DNA from: an uncultured Fibrobacterota bacterium
GTDB taxonomy: Bacteria > Fibrobacterota > Chitinivibrionia > Chitinivibrionales > FEN-1185
DNA: 64,000 bases
Reading direction: 5' to 3'
Assembly (NCBI GenBank): GCA_963753345.1
Contig: CAVWBU010000049.1
Coordinates: 64,001-128,000, forward strand
Below are positions 41,600-51,944 of this stretch, piece after piece (within the stretch, counting starts at the first letter, position 1; each line of letters begins with the position of its first letter). The notes under the pieces are model-generated. The model searched no databases. It was not told where the DNA came from and saw only the letters and a list, made by a program, of their open reading frames with translations. The position numbers and the translations under genes are program-made.

Positions 41600-42733
41600 T
41601 TACGGCGCCACTCTCTCCACAAACACCTGCTTCCCGTTCTTTATCTTCAGGATCACCGCGGACTTGATCGGATTTCTCTTTTCGTCAAATGTGATGGTTC
41701 CCGACACGCCCGCCACAGAGCCGGTCCGTATCGCCTCCTTGACCGCGTCCGGGTCCAGGCTCCCGGTTTTTCCGATCGCGGAAAGCAGGATCACGGCCGC
41801 GTCGTAGGCGAGCGATGCCAGCGCGTCGGGTTCCGCGCCGTAGGTTTCCTTGTACTTTTTCACGAAATTCCTGACGACCGCGCTCGTGTCGTCCTTGGAA
41901 AAGTGGTTCGAAAACACGCAGCCTTCAACGGCCGCTCCGCCGATCTTCACGAGCTCGGGCGAATCCCAGCCATCGCCGCCGCCCGTGGGGACGATAAGCC
42001 CTATCTCACGGGCCTGCTTCATGATCATGGCGTCGGCCGTGTAGTAGTTGGGGCAGTAGAGAAATTCGGGCGCAGCGGCCTTGATATTGGTGAGCTGGGC
42101 CTTGAAGTCCACGGTGTTTGCTTCGTCGGTGAACGCCTCGCGCGCGACAATGGTTCCGCCGTATTCGGAGAACTTTTTCGCGAACACCTCGGCGAGGCCC
42201 TTGTTGTAGTCGTTGCCATTGTCAAACAGGATTGCGGCTTTCTTCGCCTTGAGCGTGAACGCGGCGTATTTGGCCATCACCGTGCCCTGGAACGGGTCGA
42301 TAAAGCACGCGCGGAACACAAAGTCGCCCGCCTCGGTGACTTTCTCGTTGGTGGAGGCCGAGGAAACCATGGGCACGCGCGATTCCTGACAAAGGGGAGC
42401 AATGGCGAGCGAGTTTTTCGAGGCCACCGCGCCGACGAGCCCGACGATCCTGTCGCGGCTGATGAGCTTCTGGCAGGCGTTGGCCGCCTTTTCGGACTGC
42501 CCCTCGTCGTCTTCGTACACGGCGCGCACGGGCATGCGGGTGCCGGCGATCTCGATGCCGCCGTCCTTGTTTGCTTCCGCCACGGCAAGCCGCATGGCCT
42601 GCCGAGACGATTGTCCGTATGTCGCCGTGTTGCCGGTAAGCGGGAACAGTCCGCCGATGACGATTTCCTTTTTCGAGGGCGAGCAGCCAACCGCAATTAA
42701 TAGGGCAAGAGCAAGAAGAATGGTCTTCTTCAT
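41600..42733 (-). CDS. Branched-chain amino acid ABC substrate-binding lipoprotein (LivJ/K-like)
   Basis: Lipobox AVGC; LTGNTATYG, FRACFIDPFQG, GGDGWDS, LAYDA. Confidence 0.93.
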   Translation of the reverse strand: MKKTILLALALLIAVGCSPSKKEIVIGGLFPLTGNTATYGQSSRQAMRLAVAEANKDGGIEIAGTRMPVRAVYEDDEGQSEKAANACQKLISRDRIVGLVGAVASKNSLAIAPLCQESRVPMVSSASTNEKVTEAGDFVFRACFIDPFQGTVMAKYAAFTLKAKKAAILFDNGNDYNKGLAEVFAKKFSEYGGTIVAREAFTDEANTVDFKAQLTNIKAAAPEFLYCPNYYTADAMIMKQAREIGLIVPTGGGDGWDSPELVKIGGAAVEGCVFSNHFSKDDTSAVVRNFVKKYKETYGAEPDALASLAYDAAVILLSAIGKTGSLDPDAVKEAIRTGSVAGVSGTITFDEKRNPIKSAVILKIKNGKQVFVERVAP

Positions 42734-42875
42734 GGCATGATCCTTTTGGTTGCAAAATTTTCCAGTATCAAAATAAATGTGTCGGGAGATGAAAAGTATA
42801 TGAAATAATCGGCAAAAGGGAGGGATCTGTTTTTCTTTTAGAATTGTAAATGGAGATGGTACTTGTGAAGTTTTT

Positions 42876-42932
42876 GGTGGGGGAAGTTTACCCCGTCGGG
42901 TACTTCCAAGGGTCGTCCCCCTCGCTCCGGCC
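42876..42932 (+). repeat. Truncated family-1 repeat with 27-bp insert (42889-42915)
   Basis: GGGGGAAGTT[27 bp]TCCCCCTCGCTCCGGCC; removing the insert restores the GGGGG-N6-CCCCC hairpin. Confidence 0.85.
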
Positions 42933-42962
42933 TCTTTACAGTACTTTTCCCTCTCTACTTCT

Positions 42963-43544
42963 TCAACCGCCCGCCTGCGAAAAATCATAATGTCTGTCGG
43001 CCGGGAAGGCATCTTGCAGACCGAAGTCCATGGCGGCGGTGTTTTCTTTATGATTGAGATACCATATTTTTGCATCAAACAGGAATTCCTTTGCCAGATC
43101 CGCCAGCATAAGCAAAATGGAATTTACTTTCGTGTCTTTTTCCACAGAAGCATAGCTGATATAGAACTCCAACTCATCTGCGGCCACTTCATGAACAATG
43201 CCGAAGACATCTTCAAGACTCTCACCGATTTCGAAACCTCTTTCCCCAAGCGCATCATCTCCCTGTGGGCAGCTGAGAACAGGAGCTATTTCGAGACCAA
43301 GGCTTTGGACGATTTTCCATATTATTGCGCGTTGCGCATCCTTCTTTACACTCATGTAAAGATAGAAAGCCCTGGTGAGGACGTTATCGCTTAATGCGCC
43401 TTTCTCTTCAAAAAAACCTACCGCCTCCGTCGCCCGCTTTGCCGCCGAAGTCAGGATTCTGGAAACCTGCGGATTTTTGTCGAGTTTTGCACCGAGGATC
43501 ATTCTCGAAGAGATGTGGTTTTTGAGCGAAGCGGTGCGTTCCAT
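42963..43544 (-). CDS. Hypothetical protein, possibly degenerate ferritin/rubrerythrin-like
   Basis: GAGGA RBS; two E..A..FY-like helical halves, but no ExxH motifs. Confidence 0.6.
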   Translation of the reverse strand: MERTASLKNHISSRMILGAKLDKNPQVSRILTSAAKRATEAVGFFEEKGALSDNVLTRAFYLYMSVKKDAQRAIIWKIVQSLGLEIAPVLSCPQGDDALGERGFEIGESLEDVFGIVHEVAADELEFYISYASVEKDTKVNSILLMLADLAKEFLFDAKIWYLNHKENTAAMDFGLQDAFPADRHYDFSQAGG

Positions 43545-43615
43545 AAATTTTTCCTCAGGTACAGGTGATTTCCAGATGAACGCTTAACCATTAACACAAC
43601 TTAATGAAAACAACT

Positions 43616-43630
43616 GCAACAACTATGCCA
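43616..43630 (-). promoter_or_regulatory. Sigma-54 promoter
   Basis: Minus strand TGGCAT-AGTTG-TTGC, about 70 nt upstream of ATG 43544. Confidence 0.7.
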
Positions 43631-43814
43631 TCATTTTACCGACAGGTGTCTGGCCATTCGCTGCACGCATCCGGACAAAAATGATGGCCGTATTGCGGCA
43701 AGGAGCCCGGACAGCGGCTGCTGCCGGGAAAAAGCAAATCCGGAAATGGAGAAAGAAGACAAGAATGGTGAGAACGCCGCGGACGATTGTTCTCAAGGGG
43801 AAAAGCGCTGGATG

Positions 43815-44183
43815 TCAGAGAATCCCCATCGATGCGAAGATTTCTTTCACTTTGTAAGGTGAAATAGGTTTTTCAAGAAAGCAATCAACCCCGAACGAAG
43901 ACACCTTTTCTTTGGTCTTGTCGTCACCATAAGCGGTCATGACGATGATCTTGCAATCCTTTTGAATCGCTCGCGCAGATTGGATGACCTGGTATCCATC
44001 GTTATTTGAGGTTCCGCTGAGTCTGAGGTCGGCTATGACGGCTTGGTATGCGTTCTTCTGGAGGAGATACAATGCTTCATCGAGAGTTTGCGCTGTTTGA
44101 GTTTGGACATTCGGACCCCTGAGGACTTTGGAAAATGCAAAAAGAATCGCTTCCTCGTCATCAACTATGAGAATATTCGACAT
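43815..44183 (-). CDS. Single-domain response regulator
   Basis: MSNILIVDDE, ADLRL, MTAYG, EKP. Confidence 0.9.
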   Translation of the reverse strand: MSNILIVDDEEAILFAFSKVLRGPNVQTQTAQTLDEALYLLQKNAYQAVIADLRLSGTSNNDGYQVIQSARAIQKDCKIIVMTAYGDDKTKEKVSSFGVDCFLEKPISPYKVKEIFASMGIL

Positions 44184-44421
44184 TTCCTGGCCCATCCGAT
44201 TTTTCTTCCTAAAAAATATCTGCTGCACATGGACAGAGAGCATTGAAGAACCCCGCAGCAAGCTGCGAGGACCACGCTACGGTCGATAAATACACCTGGA
44301 AGTAGAGGCGCAAGCCAATCTTCCATCCCTATGGAAATAAAAACATACTTATAGCCCCTCGCAAACCCCGATACAAGCTTTGAGGAATGCGCTCGCTATG
44401 GGGTTCACACTATCTACGTTC

Positions 44422-44436
44422 GCAAAATCCTTGCCA
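44422..44436 (-). promoter_or_regulatory. Sigma-54 promoter candidate
   Basis: Minus strand TGGCAA-GGATT-TTGC. Confidence 0.5.
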
Positions 44437-44894
44437 CGATTTCTTGTGCCGAGTTAGTGGAAATCGGGTTGTAAAGCCCGGTCATGGCTGATCGATTTCC
44501 AGGAATTCCCACTCTTGGGAACCAGAGTTGTTACGGATAGGAAAACCACCACCTCCAGCGGTCCAGCGCTGCACTCCACCGTATAATCGTGCTGGTACAC
44601 TTATTGCCGATATTATTCCAGGAAGAAGATGAAAACATCCGCTTTTCTTCCGGATCGAATGGCATTTTACGCGGAACTGGCACGCAAGCTAATGGCATTC
44701 TGCCGCAAGCACGGAATTAAGTGCGAAATGAATGCATCGGACAAAAAATCCATCCGCACGCCGAGACCTTGACAACAGGAAGTGACTCAACAGCGTTCAC
44801 CAGCCGCATTGCAAAACGCGGCGATGGGTGACGTTTGAGCACATCGGGCCGCGGTGAGTACATGCGCCAAATGCCATATGCCGGCCTGTATTCC

Positions 44895-47198
44895 CTACCC
44901 CTGTTGCGCAGGCAAATACCTATTGAGCATTTTCGCAAGTTCGGATATGCTGAAGGGCTTGCGAATGCTTGCGGTGAAACCGTATTCACCCGGATTTGCC
45001 ATAACCGGGTCTTCGGTATAGCCGCTTGCCACAAAGCAAGGTGTTGTGGTATTCACCTTCCGGATTTCTCCGATGGCTTCTTTTCCTCCCATGCCGCCGG
45101 GAACGGTGAGGTCGAAAAGCATCCCGGCAACTTTCCGGTTCGCCCTGGTTTCCGCCAGGAAATAATCGACCGCTTCCCTTCCGTTTGTCGTGCAAATTAC
45201 TGTATAACCAAAAGACCGGAGCGTGGATCCGACCGCTTCCCTGATCACGTTTTCGTCATCCATGATCAGGAACGTGCCGGTTCCCGCATGATCCGCCCCA
45301 TGCTGTTCAGGGGGGGATGAAATCGCATCGGTGTTGGCCGGCATTACAACATGGAACGTACTGCCTTTGCCGGGTTCGGATTCCACATCAATACAGCCGC
45401 CGTGCCGATAGACAATTGAATGGCAGATGGCAAGTCCGAGGCCATGCCCCTTTGCTTTTGTCGAATAAAACGGATCGAATATGCGGGGCAGAACCTCTTT
45501 GGAAATGCCGAAGCCATGGTCTTTAATTGAAATCCTGACATACTTGCCCGCGGGAAGCGTCGGGTGTTCCTTTTCAACCAGACGGATATTTTTTGCCGAA
45601 ATTTCAATCGTGCCGCCGCCCGGCATCGCCTGCTGGGCGTTGATGACGATATTATCGACGACCTGACCGATCTGCCCCCTGTCAAAATCGCACCACCAGA
45701 GGTCTTCCGGCGCATCGAACGTGCATGAAACGTTCGAACCGCTGAGAGCGAATTGTGAGGTTGCCCGCACAAGAGGAAACACGGGTCCCGCTTTCCGGAC
45801 CGGAAAGCCGCCTTTTGCAAACGTCAACAATTGCTGCGTGAGGCCGCGGGCTCTGTCGATTGTTTCAATTGCCCTCGAAAGGTACTGTGTGCTGTTGGCG
45901 CGAACGGAATCCGCTTTCGCAAGTTCGATGTAACTGTAAATGCCCGCCATAAGATTGTTGAAATCGTGAGCGATGCCGCCGGCCAGTACGCCAAGGGATT
46001 CGAGATTCTGGTTCCTGTGCGTGGCATCAATAAGCTTCTGTTTTTCGGTGATGTCCCGGAAAACGATCACGACGCCGATGATGGTGCCGCTTTTGTCTTT
46101 TATCGGCGCGGCGCTGTCGGCAATGGTTTTTTCGGTCCCGTCTCTTGAAACAAGGAGCGTGTGATTTGCGAGCTCAACGGCGCTTTCGGCCGCCAGCACT
46201 TCCCGAAACGGGTCTTCTTGAGGTTCCCGGGTAATATCGTTGACAATGTTGAATATTGAATTGAGCGGTTTTCCCTGCGCTTCGTCCTGACGCCAGCCGC
46301 ACAGTTTTTCGGCCGCGGCGTTCACGATATCAACCCTGCCTTGAGCGTCGGTGGTGATGACGCCGTCGCCGATGCTGAGAAGCGTAACGGCAAGCCGTTC
46401 GCGTTCCGCGGCCAGGGCATCCGCATTGCGTCTGCGCTCCGTGATGTCGCGATTGATGGAAATCACGCGCTGGGGCGTGCCTGTTGTATCGAATTCCGGC
46501 ACAAGGCGCCAGTTGAAAAAACGCAAGCCCTTGTTGCCCTCAAATGAATATTCCCGCTCGTAGGGCTTCCCGCTGTCCAGGACTTTTCGGACGCCTTCTT
46601 CCCACATTCGGCAAATTTCTTCCGGAAACCCGAGTTCACGATTGGTCTTGCCCATGAATTGATCCGCTGGGGGTTTGAAGACATCATTGACATTTTTTGA
46701 TACGAAAAGGTGGCGTCCCTCGCGGTCGACCCGACGGAGAATATCCGGCAGACCCTCCACAAGGGCCCGAAGCGATTCCTCGCTTTGCGCCAGTCTGGTC
46801 GATGCATCCCGGAAATGCTTTTGCGATTTGACAAGTCTGCTGATAAATTCAAAGAACAGTACGAAGACAAAGAGCCCTTCCGTCCGGTTAACGATATCGA
46901 GAAGCGGCAGGTTTGGGGCGTTGGGAACATCTGCCGTCAAGAGTGCGCCGGTGAAACTGGCCAAAATAATCGTAATAAGTATAATGGCGCCGTAAGAATC
47001 ATTTTCCGCGCGATATATGAGAATCAGAGGAATCAGGTACAGAATCCAGTGAATCGCGCCATAGGGCGTCGATGCGTCAATAAGAAAAACTATGGCAATG
47101 CATGCAAAAGACAAAATGAACAGATTGCGGTCGGAAGACATCTTCTTTTCAATAGCCAGCACAAGCGCCTTGAGGTCCATATTTTTCCCCACCTTCAT
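44895..47198 (-). CDS. Hybrid sensor histidine kinase (TM, 2 PAS, HisKA, HATPase, REC)
   Basis: AGGIAHDFNN, NAQQAM, FDPFYSTK..GHGLGL, C-terminal MDDE...DLT...SGY...KPF. Confidence 0.95.
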   Translation of the reverse strand: MKVGKNMDLKALVLAIEKKMSSDRNLFILSFACIAIVFLIDASTPYGAIHWILYLIPLILIYRAENDSYGAIILITIILASFTGALLTADVPNAPNLPLLDIVNRTEGLFVFVLFFEFISRLVKSQKHFRDASTRLAQSEESLRALVEGLPDILRRVDREGRHLFVSKNVNDVFKPPADQFMGKTNRELGFPEEICRMWEEGVRKVLDSGKPYEREYSFEGNKGLRFFNWRLVPEFDTTGTPQRVISINRDITERRRNADALAAERERLAVTLLSIGDGVITTDAQGRVDIVNAAAEKLCGWRQDEAQGKPLNSIFNIVNDITREPQEDPFREVLAAESAVELANHTLLVSRDGTEKTIADSAAPIKDKSGTIIGVVIVFRDITEKQKLIDATHRNQNLESLGVLAGGIAHDFNNLMAGIYSYIELAKADSVRANSTQYLSRAIETIDRARGLTQQLLTFAKGGFPVRKAGPVFPLVRATSQFALSGSNVSCTFDAPEDLWWCDFDRGQIGQVVDNIVINAQQAMPGGGTIEISAKNIRLVEKEHPTLPAGKYVRISIKDHGFGISKEVLPRIFDPFYSTKAKGHGLGLAICHSIVYRHGGCIDVESEPGKGSTFHVVMPANTDAISSPPEQHGADHAGTGTFLIMDDENVIREAVGSTLRSFGYTVICTTNGREAVDYFLAETRANRKVAGMLFDLTVPGGMGGKEAIGEIRKVNTTTPCFVASGYTEDPVMANPGEYGFTASIRKPFSISELAKMLNRYLPAQQG

Positions 47199-47391
47199 AG
47201 GTTAGACGAAGATGAAGCGCTTCGTGTTACAGTGCAGGGCCGGGATGCGTCAAGTGCGTAATTGACAAATGTGCAGAAGCACATCGTCACGGAATCCATT
47301 GAAGAACTCCGCCCGGTAGTGTCAAGATTCCTTTGGTGAAATTGTCCTCTTATTATCTGCATTCGCATATCGTACCAGTAGGGGTTCAATT

Positions 47392-47568
47392 ATGAATACA
47401 TTTGCCAAAACGATTGTAGTGGCGTCATTCGGTTTTCTGGCAAGCCAGATGTTCGGCTGCGCATCTTCCACCAGCCTCACCGATGTTTGGCGCGATCCAG
47501 GGTATCAGGTTCCGCCAAAACAAGAAGGCCGAGAATTTGCGGGAGGTAATCAGGAACCTGGGGTATAA
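47392..47568 (+). pseudogene. Truncated lipoprotein gene remnant (58 aa)
   Basis: Manual translation MNTFAKTIVVASFGFLASQMFGCASSTSLTDVWRDPGYQ... with signal peptide and lipobox, stopping abruptly. Confidence 0.45.
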
Positions 47569-47665
47569 ACCGGAATATTGATTCCACGGTTGCGGCGACC
47601 GGCGAAGATCGGGCGATACGGACAGGCGCGGCGGCAACCCGGATTCGGCAGAGCCGGTCCCGGGG

Positions 47666-49000
47666 TCAGGTTTCGCCGCCGGTCTTCGTAAGTTTCCTGT
47701 ACAGCGACGAAAGTGAAATGCCGAGAATCTCGCTGGCTTTGTACTTGTCGCCTGCGCACTTGTCAAGCACCCCTTTGATGTGAAGCGTTTCCATCTCCCC
47801 GAGGGTCACCAGCGAAACATCCTTGCCGCCCTGCGGCGGGGCAAACGCGCCGGCGCTCAGGCCCGGGAAGTGCGCGGGGGTAATTTCCTGTCCGCGGGCG
47901 AGCAGGAACGCCCGTTCCAGCATGTTCCTGAGTTCCCTTATGTTTCCCGGCCATGCGTAGCCGGCGAGAAGCTGGACCACGGGGGTTGACAGGGGCAAGT
48001 GGGGATAATCGAAGCTCTTGAGGATCCGATCGCATAATTCGTGGACATCCTCTTTTCTTTCGCGCAGCGCGGGCAGGCGCACGGGAAAAACACAGATGCG
48101 GTAGTACAGGTCGTTCCTGAACCTCCCGCTTTCGGTCTCCTTGAGAAGGTCGCGGTTTGTCGCACATATCAATCTGAAATCGCTCTTCCTGAGATTGTTC
48201 TCTCCGATTCTCCGGAAAGATTTTTCCTCGATGGTCTTGAGGAGCTGCGTCTGGACCTCCATATCCATATCCCCGATTTCATCGAGGAAGAGCGTGCCTC
48301 CGTCGGCAACTTCAATAAGGCCTTCCCGGTCCTTGATGGAAGACGTAAACGCTCCCTTTACATGGCCGAACAATTCGCTCCGCAATAGCTCGCCCTTGAG
48401 GCTGGAACAGTTTACTTCGACAAAGGCCTCGGATTTCCTGTCGCTGTGGTTATGTATCCATTTTGCGAGCACGCCCTTGCCGGTGCCTGTTTCACCGAGA
48501 ATGAGGACGACCGTGTCGTTTGCCGCGGCAACTGCCGCGTGCTCCATGACCTCGGTGATTGCCGGGGCGGTTCCGAAATATGGTTCGTCCTGTTTGACAA
48601 GCCTGGTCTGAACAAGCGCCAGCTTCCGAAGCGACCCTATTTCGAGGGCCTTCTGCAACGAGGCGAGCAGATCGGTCATTTCGACAGGCTTGGTGAGGAA
48701 GTCTTCGGCGCCGTTCTTGGTGGCCTTCACCGCCGTGGGAATGTCGCTGCTGCCCGTTATCACGATAACCGGAAGGTGGGGATGTCCCTGCTTAAGTTCC
48801 GGAAGCCAATCGAGGGAGTAACCGTCCGGCAACTTGAGATCGAGCACGATGGCGTCGAACCGGTCTGCCGCAACCGCCTTCTTTGCGTCCGCAAGGCTGG
48901 CGGCGCTTTGTGTTGCAAATCCGTTCTTCACAAGGTATCGTTCGTAGGCGAAAAGAGAGGCTTCATCGTCTTCGACAAGAAGGAGCTTGTGGTTTCTCAT
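47666..49000 (-). CDS. Sigma-54-dependent response regulator (NtrC/AtoC family)
   Basis: REC domain, GETGTGKG, SELFGHVKGAFTS, LFLDEIG, WPGNIREL, Fis-type HTH. Confidence 0.96.
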   Translation of the reverse strand: MRNHKLLLVEDDEASLFAYERYLVKNGFATQSAASLADAKKAVAADRFDAIVLDLKLPDGYSLDWLPELKQGHPHLPVIVITGSSDIPTAVKATKNGAEDFLTKPVEMTDLLASLQKALEIGSLRKLALVQTRLVKQDEPYFGTAPAITEVMEHAAVAAANDTVVLILGETGTGKGVLAKWIHNHSDRKSEAFVEVNCSSLKGELLRSELFGHVKGAFTSSIKDREGLIEVADGGTLFLDEIGDMDMEVQTQLLKTIEEKSFRRIGENNLRKSDFRLICATNRDLLKETESGRFRNDLYYRICVFPVRLPALRERKEDVHELCDRILKSFDYPHLPLSTPVVQLLAGYAWPGNIRELRNMLERAFLLARGQEITPAHFPGLSAGAFAPPQGGKDVSLVTLGEMETLHIKGVLDKCAGDKYKASEILGISLSSLYRKLTKTGGET

Positions 49001-49174
49001 GGTTTTTCAGGTTCCGGGGAAAAGTGGGGGACGGATAAGGCGCAATTTTCACGATCTTACGGAACGCCGGAATTCTTCGCAACGTAACATTAATATAAAT
49101 GCCTCCCACGAATCTCCCGAAGATAAATGCATTTGTTGCCTGCAAAACTAAACGAGCGGAAAACCTTTTATGAT

Positions 49175-49310
49175 TCACCTATCAGGAGCAGGAAATTCCA
49201 GACACCTCCCGTAAAAGTCCTTGTTCTCCTCGCCTTCGACCCACGTGGTTTCGCCGTGCTTGTCGACCACGCTCTTGACAATGGCAAGGCCGATGCCGGT
49301 TCCGATGAAT
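49175..49310 (-). pseudogene. Histidine kinase HATPase C-terminal fragment
   Basis: GTGIGLAIVKSVVDKHG..WVEGE only; no upstream kinase domains. Confidence 0.65.
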
Positions 49311-49601
49311 CCCACAGCGAGCGCATTCCTCGAAGCTTGCTTCGGGGTTAGCGAGCGACTGTTAAGTATGTCTCTTTCCATAGAGATGGAAGATTCCTCG
49401 CAGGCGGTTCGCGGCGGTTTTGGGCGGGCTTGTCATAGTCAATGCGGCGTCGGATGTTTTGCGGATAAAAATTCTTTGCTTTGCAGAGGTCTGCTTGAAA
49501 ATCAATTCATGCGTAGAACGGATGCAAGGACAATTAGAATAGAAAGTCCCGAGGATAACGCCGAAAGGAGAAAAGGCGTGGCTCCATTCACCTAGTGGTG
49601 T

Positions 49602-50210
49602 TTAAGACGAGGGACGTGGTTTCTTGTCGCGTTGGGGGTGCTTCTTGAGGTACTCCTCGAATGATTGAAGATATTTCGGGTTTCCCGGAACCACCACGTG
49701 AGTTTCTGCATAACGCCGCGCGAGAGCGTGGACATCACCCATATAGAGTTTGTCGCCGTTGACAAATCTGTCGGCAAGGCCGCCCAGGTAATCGGCACGC
49801 TCCTTAGCATCGTGGTACGCCTTCTGGAGCACGGTACGCGTTGAATCGTTGCCGTTTTTGTAAAAGTCTGCAATTGCCCACGTCAAATGCCAGTAGTTGA
49901 AACTCCAGTAAACAGAGTCAATACGGGAAAAATAAAGGTCGCTGATCCTGGCCGCCTGACTCGGCGTTATCACCTGATCGCGGATTGCCCATACTCCCAG
50001 CACGCACCCAATTGTTCCCTTGTCGATTTCCATTTCTGCAATCTTTAGCGTCTGATCGATGTCCACTCCCTCAAGTAAAACCTTTGAACGGTCATGCGGG
50101 AACCCCAGGCATCCCGTCAAACCCACGACTGCCGCAACAAGAACGAAGAGCTGCAGAAGAATTCTTGGAGCCGTGCGCACACGAACTGTCCCGCGGCGCG
50201 GCGTGTTCAT
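49602..50210 (-). CDS. Hypothetical lipoprotein
   Basis: Signal peptide with LTGC lipobox. Confidence 0.75.
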   Translation of the reverse strand: MNTPRRGTVRVRTAPRILLQLFVLVAAVVGLTGCLGFPHDRSKVLLEGVDIDQTLKIAEMEIDKGTIGCVLGVWAIRDQVITPSQAARISDLYFSRIDSVYWSFNYWHLTWAIADFYKNGNDSTRTVLQKAYHDAKERADYLGGLADRFVNGDKLYMGDVHALARRYAETHVVVPGNPKYLQSFEEYLKKHPQRDKKPRPSS

Positions 50211-50329
50211 AATGAACCCCTTTCCCGGTTCAACAATAGGAAAACAGCGGCGTACAGCAATTTCTCTCCTGCCCGCGCCATTAAGGTGAAAATGCGGCGG
50301 CAACAGACCCGCCACACCGCGACCTCAAC

Positions 50330-50755
50330 CTAGAACGTAAACAAGATCAGCGGCGCCGCGGCAAACACAGTGTGCCCGTAGGCGGTGTAGCGCGCGGTTT
50401 GAGGCACGCCCTTGTCAAGCGACCCTTCGATGCTTATCCATAACGCAGAAGCAATGACACAGGAGCCGACGATCCGGTGAATGACCCTTACCACCGGAGG
50501 AAGGTCGTCGTTTGTAAACAGGATGGTCGCTCCCAATCCGGCCTGAGCGCCCAGGAGGCACAAATTCGTAATTGCCCCGGCTCTTGTTCCGGTTTGCTGG
50601 GCAGTCTGCAGCATTCGTACGTCGGAATAAATTCCCGTGGCTTCAATGAAAGGAACCGCGCACAAATGAACCACACCTTTCCAAGAATGAATCTTCCCGA
50701 AAGAATTTCCGAATGCCAAAAGCAGCACCATGGCACACGGAATCAAGCCGCGCAT
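50330..50755 (-). CDS. Hypothetical membrane/secreted protein
   Basis: AGGAGG RBS, signal peptide, hydrophobic helices, terminal F. Confidence 0.7.
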   Translation of the reverse strand: MRGLIPCAMVLLLAFGNSFGKIHSWKGVVHLCAVPFIEATGIYSDVRMLQTAQQTGTRAGAITNLCLLGAQAGLGATILFTNDDLPPVVRVIHRIVGSCVIASALWISIEGSLDKGVPQTARYTAYGHTVFAAAPLILFTF

Positions 50756-50879
50756 TGATCCTCCTTTGTTTACGTCTGCTCACTCGCGCGCCTCGGGACC
50801 TGTAATCTTCTCTACACGCGATTTTTGGAAACGCCCGGCTCTTGCTCTTGATGTATTGGCCGGGCGTTCCATCGTATCT

Positions 50880-51627
50880 CTATTTCTCCTGTGCTTCCAT
50901 GTGGTGATGAGGATGCTTGCCCCATCCTCCCAGCACGAGGCGGATGTAGGCGCCGTTTTGCATGATCGACGGCAGGCCGGTTACGGTTGTACCTCCCGAA
51001 TACCACTTCTTTCCCGAATAGAGATCGACCAGGTATCCCGCCCTGAGGCCAAAGGAAAAGCCCATTGTTCCATCCTTACTGGCAAGAAGGTAATTGGAGC
51101 CCAGGCCGATATCAAACAGGGGAGTGGCCTGCCACACCATGGAATTGGGTTCCGTTGAGTTGAGGAGATCCGGCAGTGCTTTTGTGTTGCTCCGGAAGTT
51201 CATGCAATTAAGGCCGACTCCGCAGCCCAAGGTAAGGATACAGGTCGACGGGCATGGCAGGCGGCAACACGTTAAAGCCTGCATCGGCAACGATCTCTCC
51301 CATGCCCAGCGAGGTGCGCAGCCCCGCATTGAGATTGTCTCCCCAGATCCTGGCCATGATATGGTGTTCCATGATGAACCTGTCCCAGTCTTTATAGCTG
51401 CCCAAAGTCAGCGTCCATGCTTGTGCCGGGAAACGTGAATAGCCCAGCGATCCAAGATAATTGTTGAGGTCGCCGAAACCGATCCAGGAGAACCCGGGAC
51501 TGATGTACCTGAAATGGTGGGTGGGTTTCATCATCATCATCGAGTCATTGTCCATGGTGTGAGCGGGCGTGCTTGCAAATGAAACCAGCAGAACAAGTGC
51601 GGTGAGAATGTGTGCTGTTGTTTTCAT
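50880..51627 (-). CDS. Putative outer-membrane beta-barrel protein (frameshift near 51225)
   Basis: AAGGAG RBS, signal peptide; LYPYLG joins CGVGL; FSFGLRAGY, GAYIRLVLGG amphipathic strands. Confidence 0.7.
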
Positions 51628-51944
51628 AATTGTCTCCTTGTTGATAAAAAAGATTGTTTGCGTTTTAACATTGAGGGGGCTGCCTCTGCGACCGATGCGC
51701 CCTGTATTCTTATTGAGGGAAACTCCTTTTTGATGAATGGAATGCGTCAATCCACTTTTATCCGCAATTCTCATACCATCACAAAAGCAGGAGTGCACAC
51801 TTGGCGAGGGTTGGAATGTATGAGGAAATTCTCATTTATGGGAAAATGGTTTTTCAAGAATGGAATTGGGTGTACAGAAGTCAAACCCGCGAGGTGAGAT
51901 TGTATGATGCGTCACGTCGGCCGCAAAGCGATCTTTCTCGCTTG

